Assembly (NCBI GenBank): GCA_023231475.1
Contig: JALJEE010000285.1
Location: 1 to 42,879 of the forward strand
Source of the DNA: Seison nebaliae
Taxonomy: Eukaryota
DNA: 42,879 nt
Direction of reading: 5' to 3'
This document shows, one piece after another, positions 1 through 14,949 of this stretch; position 1 is the first letter of the stretch, and the number at the start of each line of letters is the position of its first letter. Below the pieces are notes generated by a model that was not told the DNA's origin, did not search any database, and saw only the letters and a program-made list of their open reading frames with translations. Position numbers and translations under genes: made by a program.

Positions 1-3000
1 ACTTTGTGTTAGGAAATGAACTTCCAATAGTTGTAATCGTTGACTATCGTTAAAACGATGTTCGACGATCTTCCAAAACATGATAATCGTCATATGTTTA
101 TCATGATATCCTGTCAAATGGAAAATTATTTATTTTTGTAAATTAATAATGCCAACCTCCTTTATATTCCGTATACTTCTTCCAATCTTCCACATCCACT
201 TCTTGTTTACCGGAAATAATTAGATGAAGATCATCTGGTTCGATATAAGTTCGAATTAATTTCGCATCGATTATCTTCAAACATATTTGAAAAGAGAAAT
301 TAAATTTTAAAATAAACTTCATAAAATCCTTCTTGAATATATTTCAAGTTCCGTTCCGTATTTCGATGTAATCTCCAACTAACTAATTTATTCATATAAC
401 TCTTCTTATTCTTTTCAGTTACAAGAATTTTTGATCCATTCGGTAATAAATTCACTTCTCTTCTCTGAATTGATTTTAAATTTGAAATATTCAGATAAAG
501 AAAATTTTCTTCAAACTTCTCCATCTACCACGTCGTAGACGCTAAACGTCAATTGTAGAGAATCGGATAATGTCTCATATTTGCCGAAATATTTAAAACA
601 AAATTTCTTTTGTATTTTCTCCTTATCTTCCTCACTAATTGGAACTGACAGATCAGTTTCTTGGAGCCATTTCACTGAATTGTAATGAACTTCATCCACA
701 TCCTTCAAATCTTCCAACGACCAATCATTGCTTCTCAATAAAGATTTTAAAAAGAATTTACAAAATACTACCGGGATCTCATATTGATGAGTGATTGTTA
801 ACGCTAGAAACCTCCCACAGAATTTGTACCATGTAGAGATTTTCGTTGAACTTTCTACTTGGGCATTATGTTTCAACGTCAAACTAAAATCCTCTCCCAT
901 TAACTGATAATCGAAAAGACCAAATTTTGGATTAAATATTTCTTTGGCGATTAGAGAAAAGAATTCCTTACCGGGACCACCATAATCCAATCCTATTTCA
1001 TCAGTAAAATCAATATATAATCGTTGTTCAATTAGAGTTTTTCTAGAACATTGCATAATGAATTTGAAAGCTTGCTCTACAACTGTGGCTCTCGACACTT
1101 GAACTATGTTATTTGGATTGAATGAATAATTCTTATCAAGTTCACGTCGGAATGTTGTAATTCGATCCAATGACAATTTGGGGAAGGGAGTCTGTTCTCT
1201 CTTATTGATGATTTTAGTGGCGAAATAATAAACGTGAGCTATTACCATATTGGAGGGATCTTGTGCACTCGTATCAGAATAATCAGAAATGTGTTCACTA
1301 TTGTTGTTTGTTTGTGTGGAGTTGGTAATTTGAAGGTCTGTTAAAAATTTAAAAAGAAAATTAAAAAATCACATGAGAGGAAAGCTAACTCTCTTCATTA
1401 GTTATCGGATTGTTTCCACTCAACGAATATGCCACAATCTCTTCTTCTAATAGACTAATTAAAATATTAAGTTCTACATCATTCACATAACGCTGGAGTG
1501 CAAGTAGTCCGGCCATTCGAATATGTTTTATCTTCTTCCAAATTCTGATAGCTGTCTGCCGTCGTTTAGGAGCAAGAATGGTAGATTTGAATGGTACATT
1601 CTCCGGCAGTGTGTTCTTCAACCACGGATTGCCCATCACATGAGGCACAAGAATTCGCATTTGATGAAGAATGTTCGGCTGACGGAAATATCGAACGATA
1701 TTCTCCTGTCTTCGATTTAATGAAGTTCTACTTCGTTCGCTAACAGAAGTACCGAACGATGATTCCACCACTTGTCTTCGTGATGGTAATTCATTAATTT
1801 CACGTGTTAATCGTGCATGTTCACGTCGAAGATGTGCCAATCGGTCAGCATCTTCCGTCGAAATTGACGATTGTTCATTAATTTCCGTTATATCACATTC
1901 CACTACTGATCGTATTAATCGTAAATCACGTTCATGTCGATCACGAGGATCGGTCATATATCGAACAATTCGATTTGCTCTACTGTTATAATTACTACTA
2001 TCAATATTATTCGATCCAGTTACTAACGGCTGATTTTGAGTTACATCATCATCATTTCTTTCCGCCTCGCTATTTACATTGAGGTTGTTGTTCTTATTTT
2101 CGCAATTCATGATAGTTGTATTTTGAGTAATTAGAATAGTCATGGGATTAGAAGATGAGTCATATGAATATCTTTTTCTAACACGAATATCAGAGTATGA
2201 GAGTTCATGTTTCAATGGATCTTTTTTTTGATGATTCTTTAACAGTTTAGTGAAAATGTCAGTATAAGAGAATTTAAGAGATAAATTTGTCATGGATAAT
2301 GATCGTACCTTTCTACTATCTCTAAACATATGTTTCTCTTCCGAATAATATGATTTTCTCAGAATTTGAAAAGAGAGATTTCTTTTAAATTTCAATCTCT
2401 TCTTCCTTCGCCATCTCTCTGGTAATGAATATTGTTTCTGCAAATGTCTCGAAATCGTCTCATGGAAAGTGTTGTTGCTTGTCACTTTCGACAAATGGAT
2501 CTCTTTCATTAGTACATGTAATTGACTGAAATGTTTTTTCAATTTATTTTCCGTTCTTCGTTCAATTTCCGTCGTCGACGAATGGAGATGACGATGATAG
2601 TATAATTTAACGTCCACAACAACTCGATAAATATTTATAATAGTTTTGTAATTAATTGTTGTCAATTCTCCAATTTTGGTTAATCTCGGATCTAAATAAC
2701 TCGTCGTTCGATTGAGATGATTAATAAAGAAGGAAATTCCATTCTGATCGAATTGCTCCTCCCATCCAAATGGTAATCTTGCTGATTTATTCGCTATTCG
2801 ATTCACAATATCTACCAGATTCATATTATATTGGAAATAGACGAATGTCAATGGATTCGATCGAATTTCTTTTAAAATTTTTTGCACTTTCTCATCCATT
2901 ATCAATCGAATTAAATCATTCGATTTATCCGATTCATGTAAACAAAAATTAAAGAATAATTCACTTGGTAATAATAGAATGGGTAATGATGGAGAGAAAA

Positions 3001-5899
3001 CAGCGGAACGGAAACTAGAAATAAATTCTTCATGACTTGTTGTGGCTAGAAAATAATTCATTTCTAAACAGATTCTCTTCTCATTCTCTTCTACATCATT
3101 TCTGATTTTATATCCGTTTTCTGATTTGATCGATATTGGTGATGGTATTTCATTATCAAAATTATTATTATTATTATTATTCTTGTTCTTATTATTGATA
3201 CCTCTCGATTGTTCTCTCATCAATGACATATAATCGATACATCTTCTCATTTGATTTGCACTTCGATGTCGATGAGAAATTCTTCTTTCATCACATTCAT
3301 TCCCTCCAACTCTTCTTTGTACGACGTCATCTAAATCGATTTCTCGAAAGTCATTTGAAATATGCGTCGGAGATTGGAGAGTTGAACCATCTAATCGTGC
3401 TTTCTCTTTCACCGACCATCGACATAACAATTCCTGTACGGATTGTTCGCTTTTCAATTTATTTATATTCTTCAAATCACAACTCGTTTGTTCACTGTAA
3501 CAATATTTCTGTTCCTTAACTAACGACGAATTGTGTTGTTGTAATGAAGAACGTAACGTGCAAATTCTCTTCGATCTCCTACCAATTTTCTTCTCCATTT
3601 CCACATCCGTCAAATTACTTCGACATATTATTGGGGATGTTACTAATCTTTTTGGACTTAGCGTGACGTCACGTGACGCATGAACACGATGCATTGGAGA
3701 GATGGGAGATGTTATTGGAATTGTCGTAGTTGATGGTGGAACATCTGGCATATTAATTGGACTACAAAAAGCCAAATTAGAGAAAGTTGTCGTTGGAACG
3801 ATGACGTTCACTGGTGAGATTGGATATCGATAAAATTTCTCATTAATTCGATTATTTATCAATTCATTTTCATCAATCCCATTTTTCTTTTCTTTTTTAT
3901 TCAAATTTTTTCTCTCATTTTTCGAATCGTGAAAATTTCCCGAATTTCCAGTCGTTATAACATTGTTCTCTTCTTTCTTGTCCAATTTCTTTTGGAAATT
4001 CTTTGGAAAAAATTTTATTTGGATCTCTAATAAAATCTCTCCAGCTTGTTTATTTTTTGTTTGGATAATTCGATTCCGACTACGATTATATCCGTTCAAT
4101 TGATTCGATTGCGAAATTCTCCTATTTTGATTTGAACCTTTTGAACTGATCGATGATTTTGACGTAGTGGATGATTTGGAATTGGTGGATGATTGTCGAC
4201 TAATATCGTTTTGTTTATTGAGATTGGAAACCTGATTTCTTTCCGTTAAGAATGTATAACGATGAAGATATGGTGATTTTTTCACATAGATATCTTCATA
4301 CCAATTCGGATGAGAACGTTGTTCATTCACATTCCACAAACAGTTGTCTAATTTCATTTCATATAAATTTAAATTTAAAAATAATTTTTCTATTCGTATC
4401 TTTGATTCTGTTTCATTATCTTGGAAATTCTTCAGTTTCCTCAAATATTCCTTCAAAGTTAATGAATATTCTTTCGCTAAAATTTGCAATAATTCTTTCA
4501 ATAGAATCGACGAATATCCAATACATCGGAATCGTCTCTTTCGTCGTTGTTCCTCTTCAATATTAAAATAATTTTCTCCTGTTGTTGTTGTGGTTGTGGT
4601 TGTTGTTATGGCGGTAGATCGTCGAAGTGGTTGATTGATAAATGAGGTTGATAATTGGAAAGGAGAACGATTCACTTCTTCATTCAAATTACAACAATTT
4701 CTTATTTCTATATCGATTTTCGACGATAAGAGATCGATGTTATCATACGAAACCGATTCTTCCGGTTGCCAACATGGAAATTTGGTGTTTTCGATGATCG
4801 ATGTTTCTTTTCTTCTTTCATTGTCAGTCGAATTATTTAATAGGAAATGAACGTATGAATTTGGTTTTTGTGATAAGAATTTTGACAATTTCAAATTAGT
4901 TCCACTCTTCAAATTTCTACAACGAATTTCTTTCATTTGGATATCCGCCATCAATTGACGATCGAATGATGGATCAATAATCGATTGATTTTTATTTAAT
5001 CCATCAATTCGTTCGTTCTTCATCTCCTCCGTATTAATCGATAATTTTTGATTGACATTCATCAAATCGTTCTCGAATGACATTTCTGATGATAAGGAAG
5101 AAGAGGATGAGAAAGTGGAAGTGGATGATGAATATTGGAAAGATTTATTTTTTGAATTAGCTTCATTAATTCGCGAATTGAATTCCATTAATCTAGTTCG
5201 AATTGTATTCGAATCATTTCCATCATTCAACGGATATCTCAATGATCGACGATTAAATTGTTGTCTGGATGAATGTGCATCAGATGAACAACGAAGTGAT
5301 GATCGTAAAGATCGAATACTTGAATTCCTATTAAATTTCTTCATTTCTCTCAATCGACTACGATGTAGTTTCTTCTGGTCTTTTATCAATGTCTCAATAA
5401 CAATCGATCCATTTTCGATGGGTCGTCGATTCTCCATGTAATTTTTATTTGAATATTCACAATTCTTCAAGTGTTCAGGCATCTGCAAATAATTCTCTGA
5501 TGTCTTCTCCTCCATTCTACAATTCGTCAATCGTTTACTGGTTGTTAGGGTAGCAGTGGGATTATTAGATGATTTAAGTGACGGTGTCAATATGGAAATA
5601 TTTTTGGGAACATTCTCATTTTCATCAGAACTCTCAATTGGTCTTATCAAGTTTCTATTATGAATTCGATATGAATCATCGAAAAGGAGAGATTTCTTTA
5701 TTGAATCAGTTTCATTCTCATTCCACTCTGCTTGCATGTTTGTCTGTGATAATCCTTCGTCATTTGGAAATTCTCTTCCAGAATTAAATCGTCGAGGTCG
5801 ATCATCACATTGGGAAGGATAACCTTCATAATCAGATGATACTCTTTTCCAGAAAGGTGGAGGTGGTCTTGGTGGAGGTGATACGCCTGTTGACACCAT
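1..5899 (-). CDS. HECW: HECW/NEDL-type E3 ubiquitin ligase (C2-like, helical box, WW, HECT); 3' end lies beyond the left edge of the window
   Basis: Exon 1390-5899 contains the WW domain LPFGWEEQFDQNGISFFINHLNRTTSYLDPR, preceded by a HECW-like helical box, and the HECW-typical VELNILISLLEEEIVAY. HECT motifs LYIDFTDEIGLDYGGPGKEFF, EIFNPKFGLF, DVEDWKKYTEYKGGYHDKH and FNDSQRLQLLE are joined in frame by GT-AG introns at 1338-1389, 465-516, 275-317 and 111-156, with a further donor at 21. The catalytic Cys region is outside the window. Confidence 0.9.
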
Positions 5900-8800
5900 T
5901 ATCGTTCACTTATCTTCATTCTCATTATTTACATAATTCCCGATTTGGGGAAACGAAGAAGGTTTCCTCTAATTAATTTTCCCGAATTCACTTCCTTCCT
6001 TCCTTCAAATTCTTCTCGCAATTCGTTATAGATTCGTTCACACTAATCGTTCTCGAATCATATGAGATTAATCTATAAATAATTCTGTCGAATTAACAAA
6101 AAGAGAATCGAATAAATTAATGAAGAATTGAAAGATTATTTCCACAATATGGAATTGCACTCAACAACACTCTCTCCACTTTGAACGATGAAAACGATAT
6201 ACACTTCACTCCCCTCCCTAATATTTCATTCATTCATTCATTCATCTATTTGACATGTGTATATCAGGTGACGTCTTCAATTGCACTACGCCCAAAACGA
6301 ACAGTCATCACAATGATATATCATCATCATCATTTCCATGAGAGAAATATAACAAACCATCAAATGATATTTTTTCGTCCTACTCTTTCGACATTAAAAT
6401 TACTATCGGCAATTTAAAATTAAAATTATCTTCAAATCACATTTCACTCTTTTTCCACCCACAAAAATCACATGATGATTTTACGATAAATGATGAATTG
6501 TTATCGGTTGCTATGTAATTTTATCGAACCATCAATCGTTCATGATGATAAATGAGGTAGAAGTAATCGGATAAGGATTCGTTGGATGAAATGTTGATTT
6601 AAAACTGTTTCATCCAGATAAATGTTATCTTTCTTCAACTTTCTCTTCTTTCGTGTCATACTTTCGTATCATAAGTAAATTGTCGACGTAATGATAATTA
6701 GAGGAGACAAATAAACAAGACGATTAATAACAATTAACATGTGTAATAATATGGGGAGAAGAAAAAAAACTATCTTCCGGTAACTAACACCAACGACTCA
6801 ACTTTTATGGTTTTTCTTATCCAATTTAGGTTCTATTTTGAATGTCGAAGAGAATGAAGAGACTATTAGTAGAGAGACGGAAATCTATTTGATAACTAAT
6901 CGTACGATGACACATACGGAAGAATTACAATATATTTCATCGCCCATCGAATTCGATACATTAGGCGACTTGTTTCATTCTGTCTCATTCTTTCTCGTTC
7001 TGCTTCTAACTATATTAACTATTCATCATATTCATATCACGTGAAATGAAGTGAAACATTCGATTACGATTATACTACATTACATCATCTCATGATAAAA
7101 AGAACGAATGATTTCGTCAGTTTTCTTACTTCTCTTGAATTCTCTCACATCTTCCACTTCTCTCCATCATTCGTTGATGCAAGAGAATTACTTCTTCTTC
7201 AATCTTTAATTATTTGCCTCCACCATCAAACAATAACGAGTATTACCAATATATGAATTGAACTACGATTCGATAGGAAATTCTATTCAAATTAATAATT
7301 CATTCTAACCACACGTCAACACATGGGGGAAGAGGAACACCATCCGATGAATGACCACTGTCCGCATAAATTTTCAGAGACATTTCGTCTTCTATTACTT
7401 ACAATTTGTGAGTCACAAACACTTTTTTTTCTTGTACTACTTAATAATTTCTCAACATGTCTACCAAACACACTCAATTCGAGTTAGAGTTCTTATTAAT
7501 TTTGGAATAGTTTATTAAAAGAATAATTTATTCTTTCGGGCATTCTATGACATTAGGAGAAGTCGACAATTCTAATACAATGGTGCACTAGTCGAGTATT
7601 AGACGACTATCCATTTTCGTGTAAATTCTGTTACATTACTCGCTAGTTCGAATCTTCTCTTTTTCTTTTAACAATACACATTTCTTTTAATTGAAACCAC
7701 TATATTTGTCAGTCGACGGAATATTATATGTCAAATAAGTACATAAAAAGTCTTTAAACATCCGAAAATCTTCATCGAATCGACGAATGATTAATATATT
7801 ATGAGTAACGATAAAGATTCGATGGTAGTTCAATGGAAAATATTGAAATTCAGCAAAGTTTGATTCGATCTCGCAATTATTTATCAATCCGTTCTATGGA
7901 TGTAAAACGAATTCGATAGACAGTACTCCATTTTCCCCCAAAACTTCATCGAATTCTATAAAAACGAAATGATTTGGTATGAAACCATGAACATAATTGA
8001 ACTTCCGTTTTAGTAACTAACGGACTGTGAGAAAATAATCGTTAGCACAATTATAATTTTCACTGTAGAACATTCAAAATTATCATGTCCATAAATTTCG
8101 AATGATTTTTAGGTGAAAACATTTTCATCAATCGAATATGATGGTGGGACTTTGTAACTGATAATCGTTTTCGTTTGGAATGATGTTCATAATTATTTCG
8201 GTGGGAATAACATGGAATTGTCAACAATTAACCATAATTGGAAAGTTATCGTCTATTAAGTCGACAATTGGCAATAATTGAAATATGGGAAGAGAATGAA
8301 CTTGAGGTTATCATCCGAAATACCAATTTCGTAATTTATCAATACATCATTTCAATGACATCGAACGAGGAAGGAGGAGTTGGAAGAAAATAGACCAAAA
8401 ATATTTATATTGAATTTCCATTAAGAAGAAGTAAATTCCATTTGAAAGAAGGAGAAAAATAAAACTCCGAAAAAATATATTTGAGACATCATCGTTCTTC
8501 AGTTGAGGTTTTGATGAATAGTTTCTTTCGTTATTAACGATGTTTCATTTTTGAAGGAAAAAATGGAAAGACTTCAAATGATGAAGGACGAAATATAATG
8601 AAAGAGGTGGGATTCTATTTTTTTGATAAATGATTATCTTCATTGATTGAATAACCATTAGAACTTCCATTACATGAAGAACGTTGCGAGGGAAGAAGAG
8701 AGGTAAACAAAATGGTTAAAAGGGAGAAATGATAACAATCGAAATACTTATTTCTCATTTATGTTTGGGGAATTGCTAACTGGTGTTTTATTCTCTCTCT

Positions 8801-10056
8801 TTTTGTCATTGAACATGCAACTTAAAGTTAAAGGTAAAATATTATAAATTTCATAAAATTTAAATTTCCATTCTTATATAATATTTATGTGACAAAATAA
8901 AATGGAAGAACATCTACTCTATGAGAATAATAGTATTGGAAATAAAAAGAAGAATCCTCCGAATGAAGGGGAGTCGAATATGCATCGAACTCAATTTCTA
9001 ATGGGACTGGAATAATAAATGATTTCCTTCCAATAGTAAAGAGAAATATGGAGAGAATGATAATGCAGCATATGCCGGCGAATTCATTCATCGATAAGCT
9101 AACCATATTATATTCCTGTACAATGGTGAGTAGTTTTGCAGAAATTGGAAAGAGAAATGGTATTTGGTGCATTCGATCTTATGAGAAGAAAGTGGCCATA
9201 TGTAAATCCATTTTGAACAGACAAAGTTTCCTCTATTACACTCCATCGGATAAGATGTGTTCGATTAATAATATTATTCCCTTCATCCAACAAATGATAT
9301 GTAGAGGATGTGTGGAGAATGAATCATTCGTGAGAATATGATGGATATTGATTACTGCTTCTTATCACTCCCAAGTGTTAATTGACATATCAGAATATTG
9401 ATCTTATAATACCATCGAAACCTAGAAATATTCGGTCAATGAATTGTGCTAACCATATGTTCGTGTGTTATCACATGATCAAACCATCGATCTATGCATT
9501 ACTTGTCTTTCATAAAGAAAATATGGAAAATTATGGTAAAACTATGAAAACTTGATAAATTAACGAAAATTAATAAAAGTTTATTCTTCATATAATCTTT
9601 ATATTCTTTATAAATAACAAGAATTATTTAAATTATTCTAATATGTAATTCATTCTATCCATTAACTGATTCTTCGATGACCGTTGGTCATGAAAAAATA
9701 TTAATCGATATTTTAAAAAAAATCCATATACTGTCCAACGGAAGGAAACAAAAAATGGTTCTTCTTAAAAACAGAAAAGATTAACTGGAAATGTCCAAAT
9801 AATAAAAAACAAAGAAACAACGGAAGTTTTGACAGTTTTCTATTTACTCAACATATAGGGATATATAGGTGTAAAAACCGGCTGTTATCATCCTTCAAGA
9901 CACTTGTAGACGTAAAATTTTAAAAATACTAATAAAATATATTTCTACAAATATTTCTTTTATAATTGAAACAATTTATAATAGAATGAACTACGTCTCT
10001 GACTCTGAGTATGCCAGATTGTAGATGAGTTGCCAGTCGACTTTTTTCGATTCTAG

Positions 10057-10345
10057 GATGATTTCCCCATTGGAATATTCCCCACAAAAATTTAAAAAAA
10101 TTTTTATTGTCCTTTTTTTCAATGAATTTTTTTCTTAACCACAAAAAATTTAATATTTTTAGAAAGAGCAATTCATGCTCTTTTTTTGAAAATTTTATAT
10201 TTAATACCAATCCATTTTCTTCGAGCATGAATTGCTCTTTCTAAAAATATTAAATTTTTTGTGGTTAAGAAAAAAATTCATTGAAAAAAGGACAATAAAA
10301 ATTTTTAAAAATTTTTGTGGGGAATATTCCAATGGGGAAATCATC
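10057..10345. repeat. Long inverted repeat / foldback (MITE-like)
   Basis: Arms 10057-10180 and 10223-10345 are reverse complements differing by two substitutions and one indel. The spacer is 42 bp. Confidence 0.93.
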
Positions 10346-12961
10346 GTATTACTTATTAATCCAACAATTTATAACACAAATCTTATATTTATGCTAAATA
10401 ATCTAAACAACGAATTGATAGACTATCAATTTCTGTCAACTCAATTCGAATACAACTATCAATGATAGTACGAACTTGTATACCTAAAATATTTTAAGGA
10501 TTACACCAAAGATCGTATTAAAATCTCCATTTTAAAGATACTATTAGAAACTAAGGTTGCGCAAGTGATTCGTGATTCAAGTATAATAAGACTCAGATTC
10601 TCCTATACATTTTGAGAAAAAAAATCCAGACTTCATATGATTCCTATCCATATGGAGTATCATTCGAAGATAGTAAAATGAACGAGTCTGATTAAGAGTT
10701 AGAATCGATTCCACACATCATTTGGAGTCGATTCGTCCCAAATTCAACTGGAAATATTTCATTCACAACGAGTTAAAATTTTATTTAATAAATGTACAAT
10801 TTTTAAGATGTAACAAATGCGAACTTATATATAACTAAAGAATATCGACGCTATTCCAGTCTACATTTTATGATCCAGTCTAACATAATCCTGTCTAATA
10901 AATATCTTTTCAATAAAAAGTAATTGCAAATTGTTTCTAAATTTTCCGAAAGTACTTTCCACCCGAGAGAATGCGAAGTTATCGAAAAAATTTGTTTGAA
11001 CGTAGGTATATTGTAAACTAAATATGTCTTTTTTTGAGACTTGATTACATTTGAACCTCGCTGATTGTGAGTTTCATCGCAACATACATTTTTGCAACAA
11101 TATCTCACGTAACATTTTTTTATTAACTTGTTCACATTTCCTGAAACCTCCAATGATATTTACCTTACCTCATGTTTATGAAGGCAATTGATATACAATT
11201 AATTTGTTTAACCACCATCAACAATTGTTATACGATATTTCAGATGTTTCAAACCAATTCGAACTTTTCCTCAAACTTTCAATAAATAAGAAAATTTCAA
11301 CTAGGTAAACTGGAAAAGTAAGAAATTATTTAGGAAGGAAAGAACATAAAAGAATATAAGTGAATTACTTAAAGTGAAATCCTAATAAGATTCTGAAGTT
11401 AAGAAATAGAAGAGAAAGGAGGAAAATAAGAGTTGAGTTAATTTGAAGATTATGAAAAAGAAAAATAAATAATTCAAGGATTCCTTATAATACAGTCGTT
11501 AATGTAATATCGATACTTGAATGGGAAACATGAGATAAAAGTGTCGATTTGTGGCATAGAGGGAAGAATGTGACTAATTTCATGAAGGAGCATTCATTTG
11601 ATAGAAGTGAAAATAGTGGAAGGACCGAACTAAACTAACAAAAATAAAATTTCCAGAAAACTTTCATAAGATACTCCTGTTGTTATTCTTATTTGTTGTC
11701 GTATGACATATTATGTAACTTGAATAAAACTTAATATGAAATTTAAGTAATTATTTTTCCTTAGAAGATTTCCATTCGATTTCGATTTGATGGAAATATG
11801 GTAGACGAACGACATTCATGAGAATTTCTCACTTCCCATCTACAGTTGTTGTAATTAGAAGAAATATTAATTAAACAATTTCAAATCGGTTGATTAGTTT
11901 TGGGAACGATATCATATGTTTGGTGAGAAGAATAAGATGAATTTCTCAAACGGAAATTATACTATGAAGGTCGGAGCATGTATAAAGCGACTCGGTGAAT
12001 TCTTTCTTCACAAGAAGATAATTCTTTCGTTTATTGACTTTTCTTCTATTCTTACATCACTTCGACTACTACGTAATGTAGAACAAATGTAAACACGTCA
12101 AAGAGGATGTAGATAAGGCGAACCTCCTCTTCCTCCACTACAAGTAGTTCCTTCAGTTGGATGATTACTTCATCATATCATTCACATCAGTCAGTTACTA
12201 ATTTCTATTTATTAACATTTTCTTTTTTGACATGATCATGTGATTAACGTCAATTTGTGCATTTTGAGATAAACAAATAAACATTAAAATCTTTCCATTA
12301 ACATTAACAGAAGAAATCAGATAAATTGATCAATCGTCTCGTCTCCTTTTCATCGGCAATTGGACTCTTCCTTATACCTTTCGTCTCAATTCTTCAATTT
12401 CCCTATAAGATCCATTTAATCTCCACTTTCTATTGACCTTTCATTGCATACGTATGAAGAGGATTTATTATGAGTAAAACATTGTATCGAATTAAGAACG
12501 AGTTAGATATTATCAAGAGACGGAAAAGAAACGGAAAGAAATAGGAATTTATTGTGGAATAATCGAACGATATTTATATTGTATCAATCTTTCCTAATAT
12601 CATTCCTACTCACGGAACATTGCGTAAAGATCTGACAATTATTATTCCGTTTCAAGGTCCTCCTGTCCAACAAAATGCAATTGCTCCTACAATTTTTTTA
12701 TATGCAAATTCATCTTTTTCACCTTTCATAAATTAATGCATTCCCCATCATTTTATCTCAACTAACAATTACTAAATTTACGTTTGAACATCACAAAACT
12801 CATAAAGAACTAATACTAATATTCAAATGACTACTAATAACAAGAAACGATGATAAATGATTATTCGACAATTAGAAGTAACCAAATTCCACAGATAACA
12901 TAAAAATATTTAATAGTTTTTTCTTTGCAGAAAAATTGCATTAATTTATATACAAACAAAA

Positions 12962-14731
12962 TTAAAAATATTTTTCTTTCCATTTATTGTTCTTATTAGT
13001 GACATGAGCAATACGTGTACCGAATTGCATAGCATGCTTAATGCGACCAGATACATCTCGATTGAATCGTAAATGTTTCCTGCACATTTCTCTCACCAAC
13101 CATTTTTCTCCTTGTCCTCGACCTAATTCGAATTTCGACTAAAAATAATTTCAAACATTTTATGCGCACCTAAAAATTGTTGAAGTCTAACTTTGTAAGA
13201 TAATGGAAGACGTATTAAAAATTCAGTGATCCGATTATCCAAAAATGGATAAATTACGATTAATTCATCATTCATCAATCGATCATCTCGTCCACCGTTT
13301 CTGCTCCATAATCGTTTGATATCGTAATCCATTTCCATACAAACATTTCTTATTCCTTCCATATCTGTTGTTCTTTTATCCCATCGAGTTCGATGACGTC
13401 CATAGCCTCCTAAAAATTCATCTGCTCCCAATCCTGACAAACAAATCTGAAAAAAAGTGAAATTTTCTATAAATGTTTTTTCCAACAATTTTTTTCTTCT
13501 TTTTTTCAATTTCTTTCGATTTGTTTAGGTTGATGAGACATTGTGTTAAAGTACATTCTTCATACCAATTTGAATTATAATTCACGGCCAATTGACCCAG
13601 AAGATAAAGAATAATCCCAATTGACATATCCATATAATTTCGGATGGAAACTGATATGGAAATTTAATTGAAGGAAATGAGGAAAATATGAAACTTGGAG
13701 ATATTTTTTCTTTGACCACATCGATTAATGTTTGATCGACATCATCCACATTTCCTTCAATAAAATGAGGAATAATTCGACCTGAATTTTTTTCGTGAAT
13801 ATCTTTCAACATTTCGATCGATTTTTTACTCGATTGATAATCTGGTGCTTCGTTGGAATGACGAAAATATAAATTTAACAAAATGATCCGTTTCGATTCA
13901 TCCATTCTCTGTAAGAGCATGGCTAAGATGGATGATGAATCGATTCCACCAGAAAAAAATAGGAAAATTTCCTTCTCAATTGATCGACAAATATCATCAA
14001 TTACCAATTCTATGAGTATATAAGAAATTAATAAATAATAAAAAAAAATAAAATTTTTTCTTTAACTGAATAAATGAAAAAATATTTCAATGACCATAAT
14101 TTCAGATGAAATAAAATTAGAGCGAATATTAAATTGTGAAATCCATTTATCGATATCTAATTTGTTCGTTTGATTATTAATCGATAATCGATTATCTTCC
14201 AATCCGAATTGTTTCATATGAAATTCTTGTACAGAAGTTGAAACGATATTCATTTCTTGATCAAAAATTTCAGAATTGAAATTGAAATTTTTTAAATTTA
14301 ATCGAAAAATTCGACCAGATGCAGGAATTTCAACAGTTCTTCCAACATCGTCATTTTCACTGGAAATATCTCGTTTCGATAACTTTATTTGATGATTAGA
14401 TATTCTCTTTAAAATTAGAGATTTCCTTCCAAAATAATCTCGTCCGAACCATAAATGATGTTCTTCCTAAAAATTCAGGAAACTAAAACGGAATCAAATA
14501 AAAATTATCAACTTTATCGATTAGAATGAAAGAGAATGATTCGTTTAAAGATTCAAAAATGGAAACTGGTCGAAATTCATTGAGAAGATTTTGGAAAATG
14601 GAATTTTTCTTTTCATCATTTGTCGATATATCGAGAAATAATTTGAATCGTTCACAATGGAATTGTGAGAAGAAAATCGACGAATTTCCAGAAGATATTT
14701 CACCATTCGATTTAATATCAATCTCCATCAT
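12962..14731 (-). CDS. ASNSD1: Asparagine synthetase domain-containing protein 1 (6 exons; start codon uncertain)
   Basis: Spliced product contains LWFGRDYFGRKSL, LFFSGGIDSS, EAPD, MDMSIG, CLSGLGADEFLGGYGRHR, RLWSRNGGRDDR, YPFLD, GQGEKWLVRE and KHAMQFGTRIA. Five in-frame introns have donors GTTGAT, GTTAAA, GTTTCA, GTTGGA and GTTAGA. Stop TAA at 12962-12964. Confidence 0.88.
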
Positions 14732-14949
14732 CTCAATTATCAGCTACATATTCGAAAGACGGAGTGGAGAAAATTTTATTTAAAAAAAAAACATAAAACG
14801 TTAAAATCCGAAAAGAAAAAATTCTTCTCAGAAAAAGAAAGAGATATCTTTAAATTTTTGTTGTTGTTGTTGTTGCTATTGTTACATATTGTGATAGTTG
14901 TTAAATAAGCCAAATAGCATTCTGTTACTAAATGTTATTTTCACTAATG

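Noticed and set aside
1523..5787. Multiple plus-strand ORFs inside the HECW exon (similar antisense ORFs lie inside the 944-aa, 832-aa and 584-aa genes)
   Set aside because: Antisense shadows of real coding sequence with biased codon usage.
8885..9530. Overlapping 60-100 aa ORFs on both strands
   Set aside because: No recognisable motifs and no splice model restoring a long frame, so not called as CDS.
9929..10465. Two ORFs with near-identical peptides (LFLKILNFLWLRKKFIEK) on opposite strands
   Set aside because: They are a by-product of the inverted repeat and show no protein-family features.
10851..11153. 100-aa Cys-containing ORF near the palindrome (possible transposase remnant)
   Set aside because: Starts at a non-ATG codon and has no DDE, HTH or other recognisable motif.
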